From: Magallana gigas
Taxonomy: Eukaryota
Direction: 5' to 3'
Length of the DNA: 64,000 nucleotides
Assembly (NCBI RefSeq): GCF_963853765.1
Contig: NC_088854.1
Coordinates: 51,522,001 to 51,586,000 of the forward strand
The notes beneath the pieces were generated by a model that was given only the letters and a program-made list of their open reading frames with translations, was not told the DNA's origin and searched no databases. The translations under genes and the position numbers were made by a program. How positions within the stretch are numbered: the stretch's first letter is position 1; every line of letters begins with the position of its first letter. Positions 1 to 11,294 of the stretch are shown piece after piece.

Positions 1-269
1 ACTGGAGTGATATGAATTAGAAACAACAACAAAGATGCACACATGAGTAATCGATGTCTTTAAAACTGATATTCGCAGTATAAAAACAAGTGAAACATGT
101 AAAGGTATAAATAATTTCCTGGTTTTCACATCAATTGTCATTTCTCAAGTAACACAGGAACACATCATGCATTATGCTATAACTATACAGGGGTTTGGCC
201 CGGAAGCATCACGCATAGCTTCGGTATACGCAAGGGATGTCCGCACTCGGTAGAATCAAAGTCTTGAAA

Positions 270-3236
270 TCACGAAAGTCTCAATTGAACTGTGTTTTCT
301 TAAGCCATCATATCTAAAAGAAGAATAGGAAATGTTTAATTTTTGAAAAACACATAACGATGTTTTAACTTTATGATATGTGGTCTATTACTGGAGATAA
401 TGAAACCTCCACTGTTTTATTGAATCCAGATTTTAAATGTGAGCATCCTTACCCAACATGACAGCCTCTCTGACTGTTTTCGGACAGCACATGGCGCTGA
501 ACTCTCCTGAGTAGAGGTTACAGACCTGACCGACGGGGCAGGCGTTGGGAATGTTAGGCTGGCAGGGTCGCTTCAGACGGCTAGGGGTGATGTCGCACGC
601 CTGGAACTCGGCTAGTTTGTTGTGGCACAGAACGGCACCCTCCATCACCGACAACTCTGGAATACACAACGAATCAAATAGTTAAATAATTCATATTGGA
701 ACTAATTCAATTAATGAGTGTTTAATTTTTTCAAATAAAATTGCAATGTAAGAACTGAGATTGTATATTCGTCAAAAATTTTCTTCACTTTAGCTCTGCT
801 TTGAGTACTGTGAAAACTTACCTAATCCTAAAGTCATTGCTACCATTGAGGCTTTGCCTCCGTCGGCCAACATTTGTTGTACTGTTTCATTCCCTGGTGC
901 TGGCGGCACAATGCCCTTACAAACGATTGGTTTTTGGAGGGGGTTAACATCTAAAAGTAATTAAACGCAAATATCTGTTTAGAAGTCCATAGCATTGTTT
1001 CATAATACTAGTAGACAAACGTATGTGCAAAATTCTAACTCTATCAGTTGATGGGTTTTACCTATGCCTGCTTCACGAGGGTTCATGGCTTCTGCAATTT
1101 TCTGGTTGACTCTAAGTTGAACCATTTGGTTTCTCATCTGCTTCAACTGATTGAGAGGATCCATGGCGGTCATTGCGTTACCAGACATCCAGGAATTGGC
1201 GCTGCTAGGAACCGCAGGGTTGGTGGGAGCGTTTGGATTGTTAGCGACGAGATTGTTTGCGGCGGCGGCTGCTGGTTGGGGTGGCGGCAGATTCTGACCG
1301 AATGCAGCAGCCCCGAGTAATCCCTGGGCCAGCATCGCCGCTGCGCTCTGCTCTGACATCATGTACATTTGTTCGGGGGTCATTTGTGAGAACTGCTCAG
1401 GAACATTGTTACCAAACCATTGAGAGAAATCAGCTTTGGCCAGAGTTCCTGCCCCTGATGTTGCCGCGCTGTTGGCTGCTTGGCCGTTGTTATTTGGGGC
1501 TGCAGGAACCATTGGCTGGGCGTTGACTGCGGTTTCAGGCTGAGACGGGGAAGGGGCAGCTGCAGGAGCAGCTTTTTGCACTGGTGCTGGTAGCGGGTTA
1601 TTGACTATTGGCGCTACCCCAGAAGTTTCTGGACTTGGCTCAGGTTTGCTAGGAGCTGGAGCTGCGTTTGGAGAAAGTTCACCGACTTGAATAGCTTTTA
1701 CAATTTTGGTTTTGAGAGATGACTCAGGAGTAGTGCTATGCGCGCTTTCCTGAACAATTTTTGACTTACCAACGGGAGGTGAAGCAACCTCTTTAGCCTT
1801 ATGTTTGAAGCCAACAAATGTAGCAGCTGGAGCCTGCTGAAGCTTTTGTCTTACACCTTGTCCTTGTGCACCTAAAAATTGTTGAGAATAAGAGGTCATT
1901 TGCTCTTGTCTTTGTGAATCACTTGTTTTGGATTTGTTGTTTGTGGATGGAAAATATACATTTGATCCTCTGTTGCTTATGATGTCTTTCATACTAAAAG
2001 TGGGCCCTAATCCGAGGTTAGAATGTGTTCGTTGGTCGTGTTTTCCACGTTTTAAGTTAATTTGATCTGGCATATGACTAAGACTCTGGCAATTTATATC
2101 TGAAAAAGATATCGGAAATGTCACAAGAAAGGAACTCAGCACTGTCTCAGAGCGTGCGCGCGACGCAAAGGCGACTTGTGACCATGATCGTTCTTATCGG
2201 CGAGGCGCTTGAATTTTTATATCAAATGCCTATATATACAGATTGCAAGGTGCCAGTTAATGAGACATTTGGATAATAGCAAAAAAGCAGAGCACTAATT
2301 ACCTTTTCATATAATCGCCGAATCGCAAAATTTACATTTCAGTAGTGGTAATGAGCATCAGATTTGCTATATATGTTAATGGCTATCGTCAGCTCTCTCT
2401 AAATCACGTTTGATTTGACAATTTGGCGCGCAGTGATCATCTCGAAGTGCTGCATTAATTCAAATTTAATGAGTTAAATTTACTGTTCACTTTTGTTCTC
2501 TCCTTACAGAAAAAGAGAGTTTGTTATGACATAACCATTAATTCTAGTCTACATTGTTGGATTTCCTTATGTCACATCACAGACTTCTAATGAGTTTACG
2601 CTATATTTAATGAAGCAGATTTAAGCGTTTGCGGGAATACATTAAATTAATTTTCCCTTGAGTGTTATTAAGAAAACAACGCAGTATATCCTTATTGTTT
2701 CAAAGTTTCTGTTTGGTTAATTTGAAAAAAAAAGAAAATTATTTTTTGCTTTTAAGGAAATTGAAGTTCTAATCGTTATCATATAGATCTATTTTTTAAA
2801 AATAATCATATAAATGATATATTGCTTTTATCAAATACTGGGGGTAATCGATCCTTACTGTTTCTTTAAAATGACTCTTTAGATAGAAAAATGTATACGT
2901 TTTTATAACTAAGTTGATTTTTTGTGTTGCAAATTCTGTTTGCATTCAAATTGTTGCTTGACATACAGTCATGATTGGTTTGTACTGTTAGAAAAATTAA
3001 ATGATTATGACAATAAATTTTAACTAATATCTTTTGAACATCAATATTTAAGCACTTTAAAGCAATGAAATGAAACTTCAAACTATGTGTCTTCAAAATG
3101 ATTTTAAAAATTGACAATAAAATACATTTGTTAAATTTGAAACTTTTCAAATATCATTTGATAATGAAAAATAAATAAGTAAAAAAAACTTACATGTTAC
3201 ATGGATTAAAGCTAGAAAACAAAATATCCTCTTCAT
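270..3236 (-). CDS. Secreted low-complexity (Ala/Pro/Gln/Asn/Met-rich) protein with C-terminal Cys-rich module, about 477 aa, 5 coding exons
   Basis: Exons 3236-3194 (MKRIFCFLALIHVT, donor GTAAGT), 2099-1062, 950-822, 656-453 and 289-270. All junctions are GT-AG phase 1 and total 1434 nt. N-terminus MKRIFCFLALIHVTYINC looks like a signal peptide. The tail has CQPNIPNACPVGQVCN...MCCP. The last micro-exon (VQLRLS*) is the least certain. Confidence 0.8.
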
Positions 3237-3401
3237 GATTTCAAAATTCGTTAAGTCCCCGTGACACAAAGTAATGTGATCTTTTCTCTTCCTACCCTAC
3301 AATACCACTTGTCAACGAACGGCACAGCGCTCCGTTAAAAAGATGAACAGGTCATTAACATAAACGTGATGTCGGCGCGATTAATTGCTGAAACAAACAG
3401 T
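2966..3401. repeat. Duplicated block A (intron, signal-peptide exon, proximal promoter), copy 1
   Basis: Colinear with 7143-8291 from cagtcatgattggtttgtactgttag to aaacaaacagt. Copy 2 carries an extra insertion at 7213-7916. Confidence 0.95.
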
Positions 3402-4217
3402 GAAATGCATCTATGTTTAATTGTTCTAATTTCTTTCTCATTATGACCCTGTCATCTGACCTCAGTTGTGGTGATCGCCATGACGTCATCTGATAAATTA
3501 CGACCCTGTTAGACAGCGTTTAATTTACATATATTTAATAATTTGAATCACTGAAATAATATTTTATATTTCATTTCAAGAATTTTTTTTTTAATTTTTC
3601 TTTTCGGTTTCTATATTCATATTTTCATAAATAGTTTTACGCTTTTCCATTAAATTTTGTCGCTGTCGCTGTTATGGTTGTAAAGGTTTGTAAATATGGT
3701 TTTCTTATCATTCGTACTATTGTATTACAGAAACCAGTAGATACTGATAGCTACAGTGCTGGAGACTTGGGTGCAGACGTTGCAAAATGGAAAGGCGTGA
3801 GTGCACAAATCAATTAAACGTCAAAACACATACAAGTACGTGTAGATACTTCGAAAACTTTATCTAGTTCAGTAAGATAAGAGTATTTAAACGTAGTTTA
3901 CTCGTTTGTTTCGTGTCTTTCCTAGAACTTTTTACAGGAATTGAACAATCGCATGCAAAGGTCTTTAGTGTCTCGGTGTCTTCATCGAATTAACGTTTCC
4001 CAAAAACTGTCTATGCTGTTGACGTCTCACGTAAAACTTTCACTTTTGGGATCTCAGTTTCAGTTTTCATAGACAGTGTTTTAAGTTTTTGAAAAATAAA
4101 CGTGCCCTGTCCTCTTGTCAACAAGACTCTGGCAATGAAAAAATCTGGATCTGGATCTTTCTATTGTGGAAATAAATTTTACAATGTAGTTATAACAAAA
4201 CAATATTCAATTGTTAA

Positions 4218-4656
4218 AGGTCACGATTTTGGTCAAGAATTATTTTTCCGAATTTAATATTTACAATGCCTCAATAAGGCATTTTTAAAAGACAATCAAA
4301 ATTTGAGGGTCTTTTGTTGAATTATAAGCGAGTTATTGAGTTTAATATTCTTTGTTATGTGAACAAAACTGTTGTTTACATTTTGAATGTTGAAGTGAAA
4401 TTTTGAGTTTAGACCTAAAATGAATGTGTTAAACTTTAAGAACTGTTCATTAATGCTTTAAACATATGTAAACAAAAACAGGACACGAAACTTGTTTACA
4501 TGACAAAGAATTGTAGGCCATTTGTCTTGCTTATAGTTCTATGACTGACTCTCAAATTTCATATGATCATTTGAAATGTTAGAAATGCATTCCTAAAGCA
4601 TAGTGTGTAATAAAAACAAACAAATAAAATTTGACCAAAATCGTGACCATGCCTCT
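4218..4656. mobile_element. TTAA-flanked MITE (Kolobok-like), left TIR partly deleted
   Basis: TTAA at both ends. Right end is cgtgaccatgcctct; left end aggtcacg lacks the ggcatg bases. It sits at the same site in block B copy 2 (16026-16505), so it predates the duplication. Confidence 0.8.
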
Positions 4657-4929
4657 TTAAGGATATGTACAATGATACCATTTCAAAAAATATGTTAATC
4701 GTTGTAACAAGTAAAGTCGATATACATATAGATATACGATTTTAGGAATACTCTCTGATTAAAGATAAATCAGAAACGATGAGATTTCTCGTATGCACTC
4801 TTCTTCAGAACTATTGGAGTCATTTCCCCACAGAGGAGCACGGGTGTTATTATTGCTACATCTGAATAAATTTCATTCCGAATACAATTATGTCCAAGTC
4901 TAGTAAAGATTACATTACTAACAAAAGTA

Positions 4930-5057
4930 NNNNNNNNNNNNNNNNNNNNNNNNNNNNNNNNNNNNNNNNNNNNNNNNNNNNNNNNNNNNNNNNNNNNNNN
5001 NNNNNNNNNNNNNNNNNNNNNNNNNNNNNNNNNNNNNNNNNNNNNNNNNNNNNNNNN
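4930..5057. other. Assembly gap (run of N)
   Basis: About 128 consecutive n characters. Confidence 1.
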
Positions 5058-6641
5058 TGAGCAAACAATCCTTTTTAAAATGAATATAGGGCTATTTGGG
5101 ATTTTGGGTTTAGAGAATATTTGATCACGTGACCAACCAAGTTCATTTCGTAGTGAACCTTTTTATATTGCAATTCATTTCTTAATAGACCTCCAATTAG
5201 TCTGCTAGCATCTCATCCATTATGTGCTACCTTGCATCCTGGAATACGTAAGCTGGGCATTTGCAGTTCATAACATCATGTTCATTGACTAAATTAAATG
5301 TAGTTTATTTAGCTGAAACGAAGGAGGCATGTTTGTGGGATCAAGAATATCAATTAAATCCCACTCTTATTGGAGCTTTATGAAATTAATTTGTTGCTGA
5401 TCCTTTAACGCATTCAACTTCTGATAGTGACGCTAAATATTCACATGATATAGACAAACTTTGAACTTTGGTACCTGGGGGGCTGTTTCAAGAGAAGGCT
5501 AAAAAAGTAATTCCCAGAAAAAGAGGGCGGAAAGAAGTAATGATTATCAAAATGTTCCTAAAAGGCTTTAAAATGGGAATTTATATATAATAGGTATAAG
5601 AGGAGAAGTTGGGGCATTTTTTCCATAGACTTTACCAATATATGATGGTAAAATTGAATCTCACAATTTTGAATGGCTTTCTGGTTTCCGAGTCCTAGTA
5701 AGCAAAAATTGTGGGATCATTGTTTTAATGTATGCAGGTGAAAACTACTGTTGAAGGTGTATTTAGTACCTCTGTAAATGGGATGATATTTCTAGAAAAT
5801 AATATATTAGAGATGTTATTTTTAAATATTAATAATCAGATTTGCATAATGATTGCCTGACCTTTATATATCATGGTCATTTGTATTGTTCACTGCTTTT
5901 TACGATATCAATTAAGGAACAGGGGTCTATCCGGAATAAACCGTACGTCTATAGAAATCTTGTATGACGTTACTCTGTCATAACCACGGGGACACAGGTA
6001 TGAAGGGTGCACGTGTATCAGGTAACTTTAAGTTCAAATAAAATGTCATATCAAACGGTCGGAATGTACTAATACAAAACTAAATTTAAACGACTTCACT
6101 TTCTCTTCAAACTTTCTTTTGACAGATATATGTGTTTTTATTGTATTCGCTAATTTAGGCGCTCACAAAAATGACACAAACGTACAGTTTCACGATCGCG
6201 AGGAATTCATGATAATGACTTTGTTACTCAATTACTGTAAATCACGGAGAAAAATAAAACTTGAAATTTCTTGTCTAAGGTCGTGAAAATTTTAATTGTG
6301 GATAATCATCTATAAGCCAAAACTGCATGATGCGATCCCTGATTAAGCACGCCATGCCGAGTTTAATTAGCACAGATTAATGTTTAAAGACATGCCCTGT
6401 GTTCAATTAACAAAGTGATGGATCTATTTTTACCCACATTTACACCATTATGACATATATTAGCAGGGGTCTGAATCTTCTTGATAGTACATGTACATGA
6501 GCATTTGAGTAATAAATAGTAATAACAATAAAATGTTGTGCATTTAAAGTACATTTATTGAATTTGCTTAATGATAATATTACTATTTTTGTCCTTATAA
6601 TTATCACACGTATTTAGTGGTGCAATTGTAAGCTCAAAGTT

Positions 6642-8122
6642 TCATGGTAGGCCTTCTTTCTCTTGTCCCCCATGTTCCTTTTCCATTTCCCGGTCATCCC
6701 TCTCAGCCATCAAATCCTTCAGCTCTCTAAGAACCGCCTCGCACAGCATGTCTTCATTCTCACTGTCAAACCCCCGATCCTCTATCTTGTCGTCCAAAAA
6801 GCCATCCAGGAAGTCTTTCCCATCCTTGAAATTCCTCTCTTTTTCTTCCTTGACCTCAGTTCCATCATAGACCTTCTCTCTCTTGTCCCTCCTGTTCCTT
6901 TTCTTGTCCCAGTCATCTCTCTCAGCCAGCAAATCCTTCAGCTCTCTAATAACCGCCTCGCACCACAGTCTGTCATTATACTGCTGTTCCTCACTTTCAA
7001 ACCCTCGATCCTCTATCCTGTCATCCAAAAAGCCGTCCACGAAGTCTTTCCCATCTTTTTTTAATTTAGAACTTTCATTTTCAGCTGCAAAATAAGAAAT
7101 CTATTGAATTTCCTTTTCATATACTTGCTTTAAAATGTTTTTCAGTCATGATTGGTTTGTACTGTTAGAAAAATAAAATGATGACAATAAATTTTAACTA
7201 ATATCTTCTGAATGGTCTCGGGTGCGTTCGCCCTATTCACACGTTTGTCTTAGTCCGTTCGCTCTAGGTCCGTTCGCTCTAATTATCGTTCGCCCAAATT
7301 ATCGTTCGCCTTAAAGGGACATGGTCACATTTTGGACAATTTGTTTTCCGATTTTAATGTCTACAATGCTTCAGTAAGGCATTTTTAATAAGCAACCAAA
7401 ATTTGAGTGTCATTTGTTGAGTTATAAGCGAGTTTTAGTGCTAACAATTCTTCGCTATGAAAACAAAGCGTTTGTTTACATTTTGAATGTTGAAGTGAAA
7501 ATTCCAGTTTTAGACCTCAAATAAATGTGTTAATCGTTAGGAACTGTTTATTTATGTTTAATATGAATAAGAAAATAGACAAATCAGCTTGAAAAAGAAT
7601 TTTTACTGGTATATTGAACCTATGTAAACAAAAACAGGGCACGAGCCTTGTTTACATGACGAAGAATTGTGAGCCCTGTATCTTGCTTAAAACTCATCGA
7701 CTGCATGGCACCCAAATTTCATTTTATCATAAGAAATGCATTCATAAAGCATTGTAAATAATAAAAGCAGAAAAATAAAAATTGATCAAAATCGTGACCA
7801 TGTCCCTTTAAACCTCGCTCGCTCCTTGTTTATAAATAAACTATATTATAAGTTATTTCATTAACTTTAAACGGCGTCAAGGGCGAACGCGTTTTAGAGC
7901 GAACGAACAGCCAATCCTTCTGAATTTCAATATTTAAGCACTTTAAAGCAATGAAATGAAACTTCAAACAATGTCTCTTCAAAATGAGTTTAAAAATTGG
8001 CAATAAAATACATTTGTTAAATTTGAAACTTTTCAAATATCATTTGATAATGAAAAATAAATAAGTAAAAAATACTTACATGTTACATGGATTAAAGCTA
8101 GAAAACAAAATATCCTCTTCAT
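6642..8122 (-). CDS. Putative secreted acidic protein with two internal repeats, 161 aa, 2 exons
   Basis: Exon 8122-8080 (MKRIFCFLALIHVT, donor GTAAGT, phase 1) joins the acceptor ttttgcag at 7084 and reads in frame to TGA at 6642 (486 nt total). Repeats DF[VL]DGFLDD[RK]IEDRGF...CEAV[IL]RELKDL[LM]AERDD are separated by KKRNRRDKR. Confidence 0.7.
7213..7916. mobile_element. Non-autonomous DNA element with subterminal gttcgc[ct]c repeats and 8-bp flanking duplication
   Basis: Absent from block A copy 1. CTTCTGAA lies at 7205-7212 and 7917-7924. gttcgccc/gttcgctc repeats at the left end, gggcgaac/gagcgaac at the right end. Confidence 0.75.
7315..7807. mobile_element. TTAA-flanked MITE (Kolobok-like) nested in the previous element
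   Basis: ttaa-agggacatggtcac ... gtgaccatgtccct-ttaa. Confidence 0.85.
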
Positions 8123-8374
8123 GATTTCAAAATTCGTTAGGTCCCCGTGACACAAAGTAATGAGATCTTTTCTCTTCCTACCCTACAATACCAGTTGTCA
8201 ACGAACTTACGGCACAGCGCTCCGTTAAAAAGATGAACAGGTCAAAAACATAAACGTGATGGCGGCGCGAATAATTGTTGAAACAAACAGTCAAATTCTC
8301 GACTTGTACATTCCGATAATGCATTGCGGCGGATGTTAGGGTCAAGCGATGTCAGGGGTAAAGCGCCATTAGAT

Positions 8375-8700
8375 ATTGTTATATCCCTGTAAAACAGTTA
8401 CTATATAACTCTTTACGAAAAAAAGTCCAGCATTTTGACTGTTGGACTGGAACTGTTAGATTGGAACTGTTAAAATCGACTGTTAAAAAAGACTGTTGAC
8501 CTGTGACGTCACATTCCGCGAAAACGTGTTATTGATTAGAAGGGGTATAACAAAAAAGTTGTTGATTGTGGTCGAGGGCAACAGTTGATCTATCGGACCG
8601 GCTCGAAAACTGTTGCCCGCGGCCTTCGGCCTTGGGCAACAGTTTGCGACCCGGTCCGACAGATCAACTGTTGCCCTCGACCCCAGTCAACAACTGTATA
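8375..8700 (-). mobile_element. Hairpin-headed non-autonomous element (Crypton-like)
   Basis: About 140-bp near-perfect palindrome at 8557-8695 centred on ggccttcggcc. Subterminal inverted motif ttgttatatccct / ggggtataacaa. Confidence 0.6.
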
Positions 8701-8711
8701 CTGTTTTCGAA

Positions 8712-11294
8712 ATGGGCAAAAATTACTTTTGTGTTGCATACGGCTGCAACCACCACCGTGCCTACGGGGCAACTTGTACATTCTTCACATTTCCCGAGGA
8801 CCCAGAATATTTTCAAAGGTGGGTCAATGCCTGCAAACGAGAAGTTGTTTACGAAAGTGGCAAGAGAACGAAGTGGACGCCATCAGAATACCAGAAGCTT
8901 TGTAGTTGTCACTTTGAAAACGACCGGTGCCCGGACCCAAAATCAAGAAAATCGGGGAACAAAAACAAAATTCCCACGATATTTTCACACAAGGCAAGAA
9001 CATGTAATATGTATATATTTACGTAGGCAATCACCAATATCATAAATAGGTCAAAACATGTAGGTTTTATATATGATATACAAGTACAATCGAGGAATAT
9101 AACGTTAGACCTAAACATTACGTAGGCTTGTACATGCTTTTTAAACTTTATCTTGTACTTTTGTGCACTGTTTACAAAATTTTAGTCTTATGCATATAAA
9201 GAATAATCCATGAAAAACTGTATTCCCATAATACCACTGGCATGGGTGTAGCCTGGTTCCCGAGGCCTTCCGATTGTGCAAGCACAGAAGGCCTTCTGTG
9301 CTTGCACAATCGGAATGCCTCGGGAACCAGGCTAGCATAGGTGGTGCTACAGTTCTCATTTAAATTTCACATTTCATTTTTTAATTTCTCATTTACATTT
9401 AAAATTGCATGAGTCATTAGTGTTTCTGAACTGATATATACCATTGACTCTTAATGGTCAGTGCCAATAATTCCCTGTGACACAATTACCAGTATTCTTA
9501 TCATCTTTTAAAATAACTCAAATATCTAAATCTAAATCTAAGCATTTTGTATTTTATTCTGTTATTCTTTTATAATTAGGAAAACCAAAGAGAAGACGTC
9601 CAAATAGGATCACATGATAAGCTACAGGAACCATCACCAACTGCATCTTCTTTTTCTGAAAGTACAGGTAATCAGTTTTGCATAATAAGCAGTAAGAGTC
9701 AGCTATTTGTTAGATTTTATTGTCACATTTCATTGAAAAAAAAATACGTTTTATCTAAGGAGCCAATGTGGTCTAATAGATTACTGCATATATTCCAGGG
9801 AATTAGAAGTTAAATGCTCTATTTATTTTTAGCTTCAGTTGACACGGTTTCAGAGACTACCAATCAGCATGAATCTCTCCAAGAGTCATTGAGAGTTGGT
9901 GAAATATATACTTTTTTTCTTGTTTTAAAATTTGTATTTTTGAAAAAAATGACTAGATTTTTAAAAAATGTATGAACAGAATATATATCTGGATCATTTC
10001 GCTGACTTACTCAAACCATATATATTTTAGAGTTATTTTATGCGATTAATAGGTTATTCTATTAATTTTACAGGCACCAGAGAGGAATGGTCATGATTAT
10101 TTACAAACACCGTATGACAGGACGAGTTTCCAGAATTTTGAAGATCTAAGTTTAAGTGACCCTGATTTCACTAAATTTTTCAATTATGTTCAAAAAGACT
10201 CTAAGATTTACCAAGAAATGTGTTCCAAAAATCAGATCTTCAAAATGGAAGTCATACAGCAAAATAAACAATTATTTAATTTTTACACTGGCTTGGATCT
10301 TGATGTTTTCAACTCATTATTTACCTATCTACAACGAAAAGCTTCATCTATGCAGTGCTTCCATGGTGAAAGAACAACATATGTCCAACCATTTAATCTG
10401 GATGGCTTTGGTGTGAAGAGAAAGCCTTGTGTCACCAGGCAGCTTAATCTACAAGGAGAATTCTTCAGTGTTTTGTATCGTTTACAGACAGGACATTTAC
10501 TGGGAAAATGTAGTCTTCGCTTTGGTGTGAGCACCAGTCAGTTCTCCAGAAATTTCACAACCTGGATCAATCTCTTATCTATTGAACTGGAACTTTTATG
10601 TAAAAACGCAGAGCCAGATGAAGATGTTGGACTTGCAAGTTGATTCAAACCATTTCCAAACTTGAGAGATATTTTGGACTGTACAGAACTGTTCAGTGAA
10701 ACACCTTCAAGTGTGGATTACCATAAACAGACTCACAGCAATTATAAACACCACTCTACAATAAAATTTCTAGTTGGGATCCATCCCTCAGGGGCTGTGA
10801 CATACATCTCTAAAGCTTATCCTGGAAAGTCGTCAGACAAACAGATCACACAAGAAAGCTTGGACCTTATTGACTCCCTTATACCAGGACAAAAAGTTAT
10901 GGTGGACAGGGGCTTTACAATTGAAGAGGATCTCCCTTGTGGTGTCAAATAAGTTATTCCTTCTTTCAATGGTGCAAGCAGATAACAACTTACCGCAAAT
11001 GAGCTATCAAAGTCAAAAGTCATCTCCAGGGCACGAGTTCATGTGGAACGATGTATGCGTAGGATTAAGTCTTTCAACATTCTAAGACAAGAACTAAAAC
11101 TATCGCAAGTTGATGTATACGAGCAAATATTCAAAACCTGTGCCTATCTTGTTAATTTTCAAAATCCGTATTTAAAGCTGCTTGGTCCGATTTTTTTTGT
11201 AATTACAGTATCAATTTTTTTTCCATACAAACCATTTATCTTAGACAGCTATGGACTTTCTCCTATTTACACCAGCAGAATCAGTCTCCTTTAA
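8712..11294 (+). pseudogene. THAP-domain DDE (DDE_Tnp_4-like) transposase pseudogene
   Basis: THAP motif MGKNYFCVAYGC...FTFP...W...LCSCHF...IPTIF. Later LDCTE, YKHHSTIKFLVGIHPSGAVTYIS, VMVDRGF and RVHVERCMRRIK. The DDE exon has three in-frame stops (TGA 10641, TAA 10950 and a TAA near 10983). Small intervening exons near 9580-9667 and 9833-9898. Confidence 0.9.
9249..9334. mobile_element. 86-bp palindromic mini-element TAGCCTGG...CCAGGCTA with 9-bp TSD
   Basis: Near-perfect palindrome. Flanks are GCATGGGTG (9240-9248) and GCATAGGTG (9335-9343). Confidence 0.8.

Larger units (their letters stand above)
3460..6639. repeat. Duplicated block B (about 3.2 kb upstream region), copy 1
   Basis: Colinear with 15215-18421 from cctcagttgtggtgatcgc to gtgcaattgtaagctcaa. 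The copies are visibly diverged, with many substitutions and indels and one internal inversion. Confidence 0.95.
7143..8291. repeat. Duplicated block A, copy 2 (with nested TE insertion)
   Basis: Matches 2966-3401. The 43-nt coding exon is identical between copies. Confidence 0.95.

Noticed and set aside
1048-1526. Plus-strand ORFs overlapping the first gene, and similar shadows at 6663-7095, 8566-9045 and 29607-30014
   Set aside because: They are antisense or alternative-frame shadows of GC-richer coding exons or UTR, with no independent motifs.
2165-2240. TATA-like box and ATG inside intron 1 of the first gene as its promoter
   Set aside because: That ATG opens only 12 codons and is out of frame. 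The 3194-3236 exon supplies an in-phase signal peptide.
2866-3150. Paralogous ORFs MKSFKFNKCILL... here and at 7830-8036
   Set aside because: They start at TTG in duplicated AT-rich intron sequence and diverge at the TE insertion; non-coding.
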